This document shows positions 45,608 to 57,394 of a stretch of DNA of 64,000 nt, one piece after another. Position 1 is the stretch's first letter. Each line of letters opens with the position of its first letter. The position numbers and the translations under genes are program-made. The notes under the pieces are model-generated. The model saw only the letters and a program-made list of their open reading frames with translations. It made no database searches and had not been told where the DNA came from. The stretch comes from Planktothrix sp. GU0601_MAG3. GTDB lineage: Bacteria > Cyanobacteriota > Cyanobacteriia > Cyanobacteriales > Microcoleaceae. The stretch is from positions 3,412,578 to 3,476,577 of the forward strand of contig CP136572.1 in assembly GCA_035193785.1 (NCBI GenBank), in the 5' to 3' direction.

Positions 45608-47700
45608 CTACATTGAGGTTAGGGTTTGGGAACGGTCTAGGAGAGTTTGTACAGCAGCCAGAATAGTTTTGGCATTTTGTAGATGACGTTGACTGATTTG
45701 GCTAAGACTCTCCATGGCTTCTAGGACTTGCACCGAAAGATTGGAATGTTCAACATTTGAACTCCGAATCAAATTAATTTTCTGAGTAACACTCTGAATC
45801 GCCTTGTTCATCTGTTGAATTGCCTTCGACTGTTCCCTCATCGCTGTTGCTACCTGTTCCGACTGGATGCGCATATTATCAACGGCCAGGGTTACCTGAG
45901 AGGCAATGGTTGCCTGTTCCGTCATATCCTTAGTCACATTATTAATCAGAGTCGCCAGTCGTTCTGCCTCCTTCGAGATCTGCTCGACCGCCACCGACTG
46001 TTCCCGAATAGCCCGGGAAGTGGCCATCACCCCTCGGCGCATGGACTCCACAGCCTGCATGATTTGAGAAGCCCCCTTATTTTGTTCAAAGGTAGCCTTG
46101 CGTACCTGTCCGGCTAAATTCGTGGTATTTTGAGTGGCTTTAATCACTTCTCGGGCGGCCCGAGCCTGTTCATTCATCGCCTGGGTAACTTGTTTAGCAA
46201 TTTGTTGCATTTGTCGCGTCGAAACCACAATCCCCTGGGTCGTTTTCGATTGTTCGATCGTAGCTTTAGCTACCTCCCGAGCTTGGTTAGCCGTGGTATT
46301 AATTGAATTAACCACCGTTTGGCCCGCAATCATTTGTTCCTCAGAAGCCACCGCAATTTGACTTACTAATTGGGTCGTTCTTTCAATCCCCGATAGAATT
46401 TTTTTTAGTCCACCCCATCCCTCCTCCGCTAAACCTCCGCTATCTTCTGCAACCCGTAGACCTTCATTAGAAGTATTCACCGCATCTTGAGCCACCAGTT
46501 GCAGGGCTTTGATAATTGCCGCAATATCCGATGTCGCTTGGGCCGCGCGATCGGCTAAATTTCTAATTTCTTCGGCCACCACCGCAAACCCCCGACCCGC
46601 ATCTCCCGCCCGAGCCGCCTCAATCGAAGCATTTAAGGAAAGTAGGTTAGTCCGTTCCGAGATTAAATTGATCGTATCAACAATACTACTAATCTCATTG
46701 GTACGTTTACCCATATCCCGAATCACGTCGGAGGATTTGACCATCGACTCCCGTACCCGACCTAACCCTTGAATTGCCTTTTCTACGGTTTTACCCCCCA
46801 CCTCCGCATCCTGCATTACCTTGCGGGTAATTTCGTCAGCCTGCTGGGTAAGGGTGCTAATCGAACGAATTGAGCGATCTAACTCTTCGGCGGAGATGGC
46901 GGCATTGGTGGCGGCTTCGGTAATTCGTTCGGCATTTTGGGCTACCCCCACCACGGACTGTGCCATTTCCTCCATAGAAGTTGAGACTTCCTCGACGGTG
47001 GCCGCTAAATTCTCGGTGGTGGCGGTGACTTCCTCGATGGAGGCGGCCATTTCGTTAATCGAGGCTGTGGTTTGTTCTGAAGCCGCGGTTAAGTCATCGG
47101 CATTTTGGGCAACTCCCCCAATGGAAAACTGGTCATTTCCTCAATCGAGGCTGCGGTTTGGTTGACGGCGGCAGCTAAACTCTCCGTATCCGCACTCAGG
47201 CTTTTAATGGAGGCGGCCATTTCTACCATTGATGCGGTGACTTGAGAGGCTGAAGTTGCCATTTCCTGAGCACTCTCGGCCACATTATGGGTGGAAATGC
47301 TACTTTGTTGGACTGAGGAGGCTGTTTGTCTTACCACCGTTGCCAGTTCGTTACTACTGGCGGTGACTTGTTCAATCGAGGCGGCTATTTCATTAGTCGA
47401 AGATACTAATTCTTCCCCTAAAGTTTCAACGGATTGGCTGTGGGTGGCGGTTTGTTTTAATAGGGCGACCAGGGTTTGAACTCCGGTGCAGTTCTCCTGT
47501 GCCAAGCGACTTTGGGATTCCATTCCTAAACATAGATGTTCGGTATTTGCCAACAGATCCTGGGTTTTAATCAGGATTTGCTGATTTTCCCCCCTGATCT
47601 GTTCGACTATCCGATCAGATGCCGTAGAACCGTTGATTTTTGATGAATTTTTGGAGGAATTTTTGTTATCTTTTTTTTGTTTTTTGTTGATTTTAGACAT
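45608..47700 (-). CDS. Soluble methyl-accepting chemotaxis protein (+2 indel at 47124)
   Basis: [37 protein letters not shown]; no hydrophobic TM segment. Confidence 0.9.
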
Positions 47701-47725
47701 GATTTTTTTCTCGGTAATTTATATT

Positions 47726-47837
47726 TATAGCAAAAGGCAAGAGGGAATAGGGAATGGGCAATGGGCAATAAGTAAATACTTACTATGAGCAGTTTTTAGC
47801 TTTCAAAAATGTCCTAATAGATGTGGCAACTGCTATA
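47726..47837. mobile_element. MITE-like element (TATAGCA...TGCTATA) with internal GGGAAT repeats
   Basis: Inverted ends; right part resembles 41540-41572. Confidence 0.55.
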
Positions 47838-47964
47838 TTAGTGGTTTTTTATATGGGGTCGTAATTCCTCAGTTAATCCATTAACTCTGATGCTGCTGGG
47901 GTGTTTATGATTCTCTCTTTTGACTAAACATTTAGCATAACTTAATCCCGAAACAACACAATTT

Positions 47965-48438
47965 TTAATGTTTGATTTTCAAGTCCTCCGCTACGGATTC
48001 CTCCAAATTGAGTAATTCCTCAACATTGAGAATCAGGACAACTCGTTTTCCCAGGGTGGCAACCCCGGCTAAATACCGACTGCTAAAATGGGACATTCCC
48101 TCGGGGGGCGGCTGAATGACGTCTTCTGATAGGGCTAAAAATTCCCGGGCGGTATCGACAATCACTCCCACGGTACGATGATTAGTCTGAATCACAATTA
48201 GACGGGTTCGCAGATTATAGGCGGTTTTCTCCAGTCCAAATCGGACTCGTAAATTAATCGCCGGAATCACCTGTCCCCGGGAAAATACTACCCCCTCCAC
48301 AAAGGGTAAGGTATTGGGAACGGGGGTGATTTGTTCAATCATTTCCATTTGCTGCACAACTTCAGAGGAAATTCCATAGGTTGTGTCGGCCAGTTCAAAT
48401 AGGATATAGGTTTGAGTGGAAGTCGTAATGTTTGACAT
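47965..48438 (-). CDS. cheW: Chemotaxis adaptor
   Basis: ITPVPNTLPFVEGV...RGQVIPAINLR.RFG, VGVIVD. Confidence 0.92.
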   Translation of the reverse strand: MSNITTSTQTYILFELADTTYGISSEVVQQMEMIEQITPVPNTLPFVEGVVFSRGQVIPAINLRVRFGLEKTAYNLRTRLIVIQTNHRTVGVIVDTAREFLALSEDVIQPPPEGMSHFSSRYLAGVATLGKRVVLILNVEELLNLEESVAEDLKIKH

Positions 48439-48469
48439 TTGACGGTTTCCGGGGGTGAGATGTTGATGG

Positions 48470-50820
48470 TTAATGGTTGTTGGTCAGCAGTAGCGATCGC
48501 GATCGGGTTGAACATCGCGCGATGGCAGCCACATCTAAAATTAAAACGACGCGCCGATCTCCGAGTTCCGTCGCTCCGGCTATTCCCATCACTTGGACTA
48601 GGGGATCGGTTAAGGGATTCACCACAATTTCCCTTAATCCTGTCACCCTATCCACCACCAGGGCGACGGAGTTTCCCGTGCCGCCTAGGATGACGACTTG
48701 GGAGGTGGGGGAGGGAGGGGGAGCGGGGGGAGCGGGGGGAGCAGGGGAGGTGGGGGAGGTGGGGGGAGTAGGGGGAGCGGGGGGAGCAGGGGGAGCGGGG
48801 GGAGCGGGGGGAGCGGGGGGAGCAGGGGGGGCGGGGGGGGGCAGGGGAGGTAGGGGAGGTGGGGGGGGAGAGGGAGAAAATTTTGGCGAGTCTGATTAGG
48901 GGTAGGACGGTGTTGCGATAACTGAGAATTTCGTTATGTTCAAAGGCAATAATTTGTGATCTCGAAACTTCTAGCACTTCCTTAATGGCGGCTTGAGGAA
49001 TGGCAAAGGTTTGTTCCCCAACGGTGATAATTAGGGCATCCGTAATTGATAGGGTTAGGGGGAGTTGAATGGTAAAGCGAGTACCTTTGCCTTTATGGGT
49101 TTCTAAACTCAAAGACCCCCCTAATTCCTGAACTGTATTTTTCACAATTGCCATTCCTACCCCCCGTCCCGAAATTAAATCCGCTTCAGTTTTTGTGGAA
49201 AATCCGGGGGAACACAAAATATCTAATAAGGCCATCATATTATAGGGTTCGGGCTTTCCGGCTTCCCTGATTTCATCGGCGCTCTGGCTATCAATCCCGG
49301 CCCGCTCAATCACAGTTTCAATATCAACACCCCGACCATCATCTTCAATTTCAATAATCACGGTTTCTCCGGCGGCGATGGCTTTGAGGGTGATGGTTGC
49401 TTGGTCGGGTTTTCCGGCGGCGGAACGTTCGGCGGGGGATTCAATCCCATGACTCACGGCATTTCGGACTAAATGGAGCAGGGGATCGAGCATTCGCTCC
49501 ACAACGAATTTATCAATTTCGGTTTCCTGGCCGCTAATCTCTAGGCTGACTTGTTTTTCACTGGCCCGGACTAAATCCCGAACTACAAATTGCATCCGGG
49601 CAAAAATTTCACCAATGGGAACTAAACGGACTTGCATTACCCCCTGACGCAAATCTCGCAATTGTCGTTCGAGCATGAGGTTGATTTCCTGTAGGGCTCG
49701 GGTTTGAGGAGCCCTCAGATAACTGGAGACCAATTGCAGATAATCTTCTAAACGACCGCGACTAATCACTAAATCTCCGACCATGCGCATTAAGTTATCC
49801 AGTTTGGGTAACTCAACACGCACGACGTTGGAGGTGGTGGTGAGGGGGATGGAGGGGGGAGTTGGGGGAGTTGGGGGAGTTGGGGGAGCAGGGGGAGTTG
49901 GGGGGGCAGGGGGAGTTGGGGGGGCAGGGGGAGCAGGGGGAGCAGGGGGAGCAGGGGGAGTTGGGGGAGCAGGGGGAGCAGGGGGAGCAGGGGAGGTAGG
50001 AGGGGGAGTGGGGGAGGTAGGAGGGGGAGTGGGGGAGGTAGGAGGGGGAGTGGGGGGGATGATGGAATTTTGTTTTGTGGTTTTTGAATAGGGTTGCCAA
50101 GTTAAGCCATGTTGATCGGTTTCTTGAAGGGGAATTTCACTGGAGGAGGTGGCGAGAATTAGGTCAAATAGAATTTTATTTCCCTGACTCATCCGGGGTG
50201 CAACATAAATTAATCGACCCAGGGTTTGTAAATGTTCTCGAATGGTATTGACTCTAATTCCTTGTTCGGACAGTTGGGTGGTCGGTGAAAACACAAAATG
50301 CCAGAGGTTTTCCCCGTGGTTGATGGCTTCGTTAAGTTCGTTTTCTTCCTGGGGTTTCAGTTTTAATTCTACTGGGGTGACTAGGCCAGAGGTCTGATTT
50401 TCCAGGGGTTTCGCCAGGAATTAGCGCGGTAAGTTGGTTGATGATGTCGGTAATATCCGGTGGCGGGGTTTGGGTTCGTTGACTACTGATCACTTGTTCG
50501 AGTAGTTTTGTTCCGGTAATCAGGACATCAAATCCTTGGGCGGATAAAACAACTTTTTGATCTCGCAATACTCGTAAATAGCTTTCCATTTCATGGGCTA
50601 ATTCTTCAGCTAAACCCACTCCCACCATTCCTGATAACCCTTTTATGGAATGGAAACAACGGAACAATTCATTCAGGCTAGAACCCTCAATATGAGATTG
50701 ATTAATCCGGGACTCAAGGGTTAGAAGTTCTCGTCTGACGACGGCTAAATGTTCTTCACATTCTGCAAAATAATCTTCTAAAAAGTCCTCAAAAAAATTA
50801 TTTTCAGTTGGGTTAGACAC
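48470..50820 (-). CDS. cheA: Chemotaxis histidine kinase (indel near 50408; a second frame break in the G-rich repeat near 48830-48870)
   Basis: Hpt [41 protein letters not shown]...SGRGVGM, LPLTLSI, C-terminal CheW-like domain. Confidence 0.92.
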
Positions 50821-50825
50821 AATAA

Positions 50826-50895
50826 TCAGTTATCAGTTATCAGTTATCAGTTATCAGTTATCAGTTATCAGTTATCAGTTATCAGTTGTCAGTTT
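50826..50895. repeat. (TCAGTTA)n heptamer repeat
   Basis: Direct reading. Confidence 0.92.
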
Positions 50896-50954
50896 AAGGG
50901 TTTTCAGTGTTCATTTTCTGTGATTCTTTGATTAGTGCTTACACCGATCACTGA

Positions 50955-51338
50955 TTATTGATGACTGACCACTGAATTTAGTAGTCCTTGAATGTGACTT
51001 GCGAGGAATTGAGGTTTAAAGGGTTTGGTTAAATAGCAAGCTGCGCCGGCGGCGATCGCTTCACTGCGACTATCTTCATCGCCTTTTGTGGTGAGAATTA
51101 CTATTGGGGTATCGTGATAACTGGGATGTCCTAAAACAAATCTTAGAACTTCCAACCCGTGCATATCGGGCATATTCAAATCCAATATCATTAAATCAAA
51201 GGGGGCAATTTCGATTTTTTCAATCGCCTCTAAACCATTCCCGGCTTCACTAAAACTGACATCGGTTAGATCTCGCAAGGACGCGATCACCATTTTTCTC
51301 ATCGTTGTCGAGTCATCAACGACTAAAATACGTTTCAT
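50955..51338 (-). CDS. cheY: Single-domain response regulator
   Basis: MKRILVVDDS, ILDLNMPDMHG, LTT, KPF; heads the che operon. Confidence 0.88.
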   Translation of the reverse strand: MKRILVVDDSTTMRKMVIASLRDLTDVSFSEAGNGLEAIEKIEIAPFDLMILDLNMPDMHGLEVLRFVLGHPSYHDTPIVILTTKGDEDSRSEAIAAGAACYLTKPFKPQFLASHIQGLLNSVVSHQ

Positions 51339-51402
51339 AACCTGGACTCCTTGGGGGGATAAGGCACAAATAGTTTGCATTTTCATTACTCACATTTTGG
51401 CA

Positions 51403-51525
51403 TATAGCAATCCTATTTGAGTTGTGTTCTTAATTCCTGAGCAAAAGGAACACCGGAACACCAGATAATACTTATAGCTATTTCAGTCAGTATTAAAATG
51501 TTACAACCTATTTAGGATTTCTATA
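51403..51525. mobile_element. MITE-like element TATAGCAATCCTA...TAGGATTTCTATA
   Basis: Imperfect inverted ends with terminal TA. Confidence 0.6.
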
Positions 51526-51689
51526 GTAAATGCCGACTTTGATATTCTTACAATCCCATCAACAACAAGAAGAAAAGTCGATTATTCCAGCTATCAAACA
51601 GGACAGTTATCCTCCTGAAAATCACCGTATCTGAATTATAAATCAACTCCCTGTCGAGTAGGAGGTGGGACTTCTTGATCCGATTTAGT

Positions 51690-53115
51690 TAACTTACACC
51701 GCCGGGAAGTCCCCCGCTCTACAATAACCCAAGTGAGCGGAGGGAATAGAGGCGGGTCAACCTAGGTACAGAGTTGACCCCATCTTTCCCCATTATCTTT
51801 ACTGTTTTCAGTATTATGTAGTAAGATCTTCAGACTAGGAGGTGCAAATCGAGTGCTACACAAAGCTGTACAAGTCCGTCTGTATCCAACTACATTGCAA
51901 GAAGCACATCTCGCCCAAACATTTGGATGTTCGCGCTGGTGGTGGAATTATGCTTTAAATAAATCAATTCAGGTTTATCAAGATACGGGCAAAGGGCTAG
52001 GACAGGTAGCACTTAACGCCCTACTGCCTAAACTCAAAAAAGCCGAAGATACCCTGTGGTTAGCTAATTGTTATAGTCAGGTTTTACAAGCTACAACACT
52101 TAATTTAACCACAGCATATAAAAACTTTTTTGAGCAACGTGCAGGCTTCCCTAAGTTTAAATCTAAACATGGTAAACAGTCAATTCAATACCCTCAAAAC
52201 GTCAAAATTGTTGATGGTAATGTCAAACTTCCTGGCAATATTGGAATAGTCAAAACCAAAATACATAGACCAATTGAAGGAAAAATCAAGACTGTAACTA
52301 TTAGTAAAACACCATCAGGCAAATATTTGGCATCTATCCTGACCGAAATTGAAGGAGAAAATCCAACTATTTCAGAAGGTAAAATCTATGGTATTGATTT
52401 AGGAATCAAACACTTTGCAGTTGTTACTGATGGTGAAAAGGTTTCTAAATACGATAATCCCAAACATCTTGCTAAACATGAGAAAAATCTCAAACGCAAA
52501 CAGAAGAAATTAGCGCGTAAACAAAAAGCCTGTACTGAAACCCAGTCGAAGTGGAAGTAAGTCAAGACAAAAGTATAGAAAAATTGTGGCCAAACTGTAC
52601 GAACGAGTGAGTAATTCCCGGCAAGATTTTCTACATAAACTTAGTCATAAGTTGGTCAGCGATAGCCAAGCTGTCATAGTAGAAAATCTTCATGTCAAAG
52701 GCATGGTTCGTAATCACAATTTGGCAAAAGCAATATCTGATGCAGGATGGGGAACTTTCACTAATTTCTTAGCTTACAAACTAGAACGAAAAGGCGGTAA
52801 GTTAGTGGAGATTGATAGATGGTTTCCTAGTTCCAAACTCTGTTCTAATTGTTTCTATCAAGTGAATGAGATGCCATTGGATGTTCGTGAATGGACTTGT
52901 CCTAATTGTGGTACTGATCATGATCGGGATGGAAACGCAGCTATGAATATTAGAGCAGAGGGTATCAGAATCCTAAAGACGGATGGTTCAGCCGTTTCTG
53001 CTGTAGGAGGGGAGGTAAGACCCCATCTTGGGCGAAAGTCTAAGATGGGGCATTCGCCTGTGAGTACAGAAACCGACACTGTACTTGGTACTCCAAGTCA
53101 GTGTGGGTAGTTCAC
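51690..53115 (+). mobile_element. IS200/IS605-family tnpB-only (IS1341-like) element; left end approximate
   Basis: tnpB ORF, upstream hairpin GGGTCAAC...GTTGACCC (51754-51780), right end GTAGTTCAC; no tnpA nearby. Confidence 0.75.
51853..53110 (+). pseudogene. tnpB: RNA-guided endonuclease TnpB disrupted by a 25-bp insertion at 52528-52552
   Basis: RLYPT..Q, GIDLG (RuvC-I), IVENLHVKGM (RuvC-II), CSNC...CPNC zinc finger, HDRDGNAAMNI (RuvC-III). Confidence 0.9.
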
Positions 53116-53168
53116 ACTGTAAATAGAGGTAATCAAAAACCGTACACCGTCAAAGGAAGAACAGCGTC

Positions 53169-53931
53169 ATGGGATTATTTGATCGCATTAGCCGTCTTGT
53201 CAGAGCCAATTTGAATGATCTGGTCAACAAAGCCGAAGACCCAGAGAAGATTCTGGAACAGGCGATCATTGATATGCAGGAGGATCTGGTGCAGTTGCGT
53301 CAGGCTGTTGCTCAAGCGATCGCCAATCAAAAACGCAATGAACAACAGTATAATCAGGCCCAGTCCCAGGCTAACCAATGGGAGTCTCGCGCTAAGTTAG
53401 CCCTGCAAAAAGGGGAAGAAGGGTTAGCCAGAGAAGCCTTACAGCGCAAAAAAAGCTACACGGAAACGGCTAATACAATGAAATTGACTCTGGATCAAAC
53501 CTTGGGTCAGGTAGATGCTCTCAAACGCAATTTAATTCAGTTGGAGAGCAAAATCTCCGAAGCCAAAACCAAGAAGAATATGCTCAAAGCCCGGGCGCAA
53601 GCTGCTAAGGCTAATGAGCAGTTACAGAATTTATTGGGGGGTATTAATCCCAGTGGGGCCACCGCAGCCTTTGAACGGATGGAGGAAAAGGTGGTGCAGT
53701 TGGAAGCCCGTTTCCGACGCGGCCAGAGAATTGGGGGGTTCGGATTTTGAGAGCAAATTTGCGGCTTTGGAAGCTGGAAGCGATGTGGATGAGGAATTAA
53801 TGGCCCTGAAAGCCCAGATGTCCGGTAGTCCTGCTCCCCAGTCTCTCCCCCCGGGACAAACAGCGGCAACCCCTAATGTTCCCGTGGATGATGAGTTGGA
53901 AAAGCTGAGACGGGAGTTGAATAATATGTAA
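53169..53931 (+). CDS. vipp1: PspA/IM30 (Vipp1) with C-terminal extension (+1 indel at 53710)
   Basis: MGLFDRISRLVRANLN...EDPEKILEQ...FERMEEKV...VDDELEKLRRELNNM. Confidence 0.88.
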
Positions 53932-54042
53932 GCGGAACCGACTATTGACTGGTGCGGGCTTTTTGTCAGGGGTCAAGGGTTATGGGTCTATCGGGGCTAC
54001 CATTGACTCCCAAAGTTTGATGGAAAGCCCTTGTCTGGGGGG

Positions 54043-54110
54043 GATTACGAATTACGAATTACGAATTACGAATTACGAATGGGGGATGGGGGATGGGGGA
54101 TGGGGGATGG
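54043..54110. repeat. (ATTACGA)n plus (GGGGGAT)n heptamer repeats
   Basis: Direct reading. Confidence 0.9.
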
Positions 54111-54250
54111 AAGACATGGCTATTTTGAAAAAACTCCGTTCCGTTTAGCCATCATTTATAATTTCGCTGTATAGTGATAACGGGTTTGATTCGGTACTTA
54201 TACTTAACGACCGATCGGCTCCAGGGCCTAATTTAATTTTTATTAATAAA

Positions 54251-54511
54251 GTGTCACCCACAATGGCTAAGGTACGTTTGCTGATTCTCAGTTCTTTTGC
54301 GGCGGGCTTTGGACTATGCTCCATTGTTTTTTCCGTTTTTACGATGATTTCTGAATTTAATTTTTCTACGGTATTTAGATTTATTTTAACCCTGGGATTC
54401 TTTGTAATTAATATTTTATTTTCTTTGCATTATTATGGATTAATTTTCAAAGAATTTAAGCTAATTAATAAAATGAAAGCTCAATTGAAACGGTTTAATT
54501 ATAATTTTTAA
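54251..54511 (+). CDS. Hypothetical two-TM membrane protein
   Basis: 86-aa ORF with two hydrophobic stretches. Confidence 0.45.
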   Translation: MSPTMAKVRLLILSSFAAGFGLCSIVFSVFTMISEFNFSTVFRFILTLGFFVINILFSLHYYGLIFKEFKLINKMKAQLKRFNYNF

Positions 54512-54604
54512 TTGGGGTTGGAGCGATCGCTAACCGGAAATTAGAAATAGGTAGAAATAGGTTTAAGTTAAAATCAAAGCTAGTTTGTACAAAGGAGTTC
54601 TATT

Positions 54605-54920
54605 ATGTTAAACGCACTCAACTCTCTGTTTGGTCGTCATCCAGAACGAAATCGGGCCAACGTAGAAATCTATACTTGGCAAACCTGCCCCTTTTGTATT
54701 CGAGCTAAACTATTATTATGGTGGAAAGGGGTTGATTTTACAGAATATAAAATAGATGGGGATGATGCCACCCGAACTCAAATGGCGGAAAGGGCAAATG
54801 GACGGCGCACAGTTTCCCCAAATTTTTATTAATAATCAACATATTGGCGGCTGTGATGATCTGTATCAATTAGATGGAGAAGGAAAACTAGAACCCCTAT
54901 TAGCTGAACCTGCTTTATAA
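54605..54920 (+). CDS. grxC: Glutaredoxin 3 (+1 indel at 54812)
   Basis: CPFC, TVPQIFIN, IGGCDDL after joining. Confidence 0.92.
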
Positions 54921-55300
54921 GTTGTTGGGATGATTGCCCACTTTTTATTAGGGTACTCATCCCAACAACGGGATTTTTCAAATCCTTAGCCCAATAACTT
55001 AATATTTATTTACAAAAGTTTTAATAAGTTCATAATGTTTTTTTTGATTAACCAGATGTTAAATTGTGGCAAAAATACTTTAAATTAATATAGTAGGCAA
55101 ATCAAGAAACCGTAAACTCAAAGGAGTAATATTAAGCCCCAATAGAACCGATTCAATTTCTATTTATCTACAGCTAACAAATGCTTTGAATTTAACAATT
55201 ACTTAATTTTTGGGACTCCATCCTTAACGGTTGATCCTAACTTTTGGGGATAAACCCTCGGAATTGGTAACTTAGTAATTTATATTTGTGGAGAAAAAAT

Positions 55301-57369
55301 ATGTTAGAAACAGTCACAAACTTCCGTAATGTTGCCATTGTTGGCCCCTATTTAAGTGGTAAAACCACACTCTTAGAGAGTATTTTATCGGTGAGTGGAG
55401 CCATCTCTCGCAAAGGAACAGCAAAAGATGGTAACAGGGTTGGGGATAGTTCTCCAGAAGCAAAAGAACGAAATATGAGTGTAGAAGTGACTGCCGCTGG
55501 TACCGAATATGGCGGCATTCGTTTTACCTTTTTAGACTGTCCGGGTTTCTATCGAATTTGTCCAAGAAACCTATAATGCTTTAATCGGTACGGGATTAGC
55601 GATTGTGGTTTGTGAAGCTGATCCGAGCCGGATTTTAACCCTATCTCCTCTGTTCAAATTCCTAGATGACTGGGAAATTCCCCACCTAGTTTTTGTGAAT
55701 AAAATGGATCGGGTTTGTACCGATGAGGAACGCTGCGTCAACAGTTTTACTGAAATCTTAAACGCCTTAAAATCGGCTTCCACTCGTCCGGTGATTCCCC
55801 AACAATATCCCATTGTTAACGGTGAACAATTGGTGGGTTTTATTGATTTAATTAGCGAACAAGCCTATCATTATCATCCGGGTGCGCCCTCCGATCCCGT
55901 GGCTTTTCCAGAATCCTTAAAAGAGGCTGAACACCTTGCTCGACAAGCAATGTTAGAGGAGTTAGCTAATTTTGATGATCATTTATTAGAAGAACTGTTA
56001 GAAGAAATTGAACCGCCTCAAGATGAAATTATTAAGGATTTAAAAATGGAATTGGGGGCGGATTTAATTGTCCCGGTATTAATAGGAGTAGCTGAACAAG
56101 ATCACGGGGTGCTGGCGTTGTTGGATGCTTTAGTTCGGGAAGCTCCAGAACCTACAATTACCGCAGAACGTCGGGGGCTGAAATCTTCGGAAGGGTTGCC
56201 CATTGCCCAAGTATTGAAAACCTATTATACCCCCCAAGGCGGTAAGCTCTCCCTGGTGCGGGTTTGGCAGGGGGAATTGACCGAAGGTATGGTCTTAAAT
56301 GGGGTACGACCGGGGGGAATGTATCGGATGACCGGACAACAAACCCAAAACGTACAAACGGCAAAAACTGGGGAAATTGTGGCTTTGGGACGGATGGAGG
56401 GAATTCAAACCGGAGATACTTTAACTTCCGAAACCCAATGCTTTAAAAAATCCCTTGCCAAAAGCGGCTTTGCTTCCTGCGGTTTATGGCTGGGCTATTA
56501 CTCCAGAAAACCGCAAAGATGAGGTTAAAATTAGTGCGGCTTTATCTAAAATGTTAGATGAAGATCCGGCATTAAATTGGGAACAAAATAGTGATACCCA
56601 CGAAATTATTTTATGGGGTCAAGGTCAAATTCATTTGCAAGTAACTTTAGATCGACTACGGCGTAAATATAATTTACCCATGGTCACCCATTTACCGAGT
56701 ATTCCCTATAAAGAAACGATTCGCAAAACTACTAATTCCCACGGTCGATATAAACATCAAAGTGGTGGTCATGGACAGTTTGGAGATGTGTATTTAGATA
56801 TTAAACCTCAGCCTCGCGGGGAAGGGTTTAATTTTGGGGAAACTATTGTGGGGGGTGTGGTTCCCCGTCAATATATTCCGGGGGTGGAAACGGGAGTTCG
56901 AGACTATTTAAACCAAGGGCCGTTAGGGTTTCCCGTAGTAGATATAGCGGTGACTTTAACTAATGGTTCCTATCACGCGGTTGATAGTTCGGAACAGGCT
57001 TTTAAACAGGCTGCTCGGTTAGCAATGCAGTCGGGAATGGAGAAATGTGAACCGATTTTATTGGAACCTATTACGGCGGTTGAAATTTGCGCTCCCAGTG
57101 ATTTTACTGCCCAAATGTTTCAGTTAATTACTGGCCGACGGGGGCAAATTTTAGGTTATGAACCGATGTCGGACTGGAAGGGATGGGATAAAATTTCTGC
57201 CTATATTCCTCAAGCGGAAATGCAGGATTTAATTGTGGAATTGCGTTCATTAACTTTAGGAGTGGGTTATTTTAATTGGCAATTTGATCGTTTACAGGAA
57301 GTTCCTGAAAAGTTAACGGAACGGATTTTAGCAACGGTGAAGGGAAATGGCAATGGTAATGGGAAATAA
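55301..57369 (+). CDS. Elongation factor G-like paralogue (indels at 55545, 56430)
   Basis: RNVAIVGPYLSGKTT, DCPG, NKMD, EDP, HQSGGHGQFG, YHAVDSSE. Confidence 0.88.
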
Positions 57370-57394
57370 TCAGTTGTAATAGCCATCGGGGGAA

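Noticed and set aside
45410..45616. 68-aa repetitive ORF (RCSRLHLVV)n
   Set aside because: It is only the translation of the 27-bp repeat, antisense to the operon
48477..50100. Gly-rich and Cys/Pro-rich ORFs 48477-48899, 49783-50091 and 49813-50100
   Set aside because: Shadow frames of the 9-bp repeats within cheA
53945..54148. 67-aa ORF after vipp1
   Set aside because: Largely made of heptamer repeat translation
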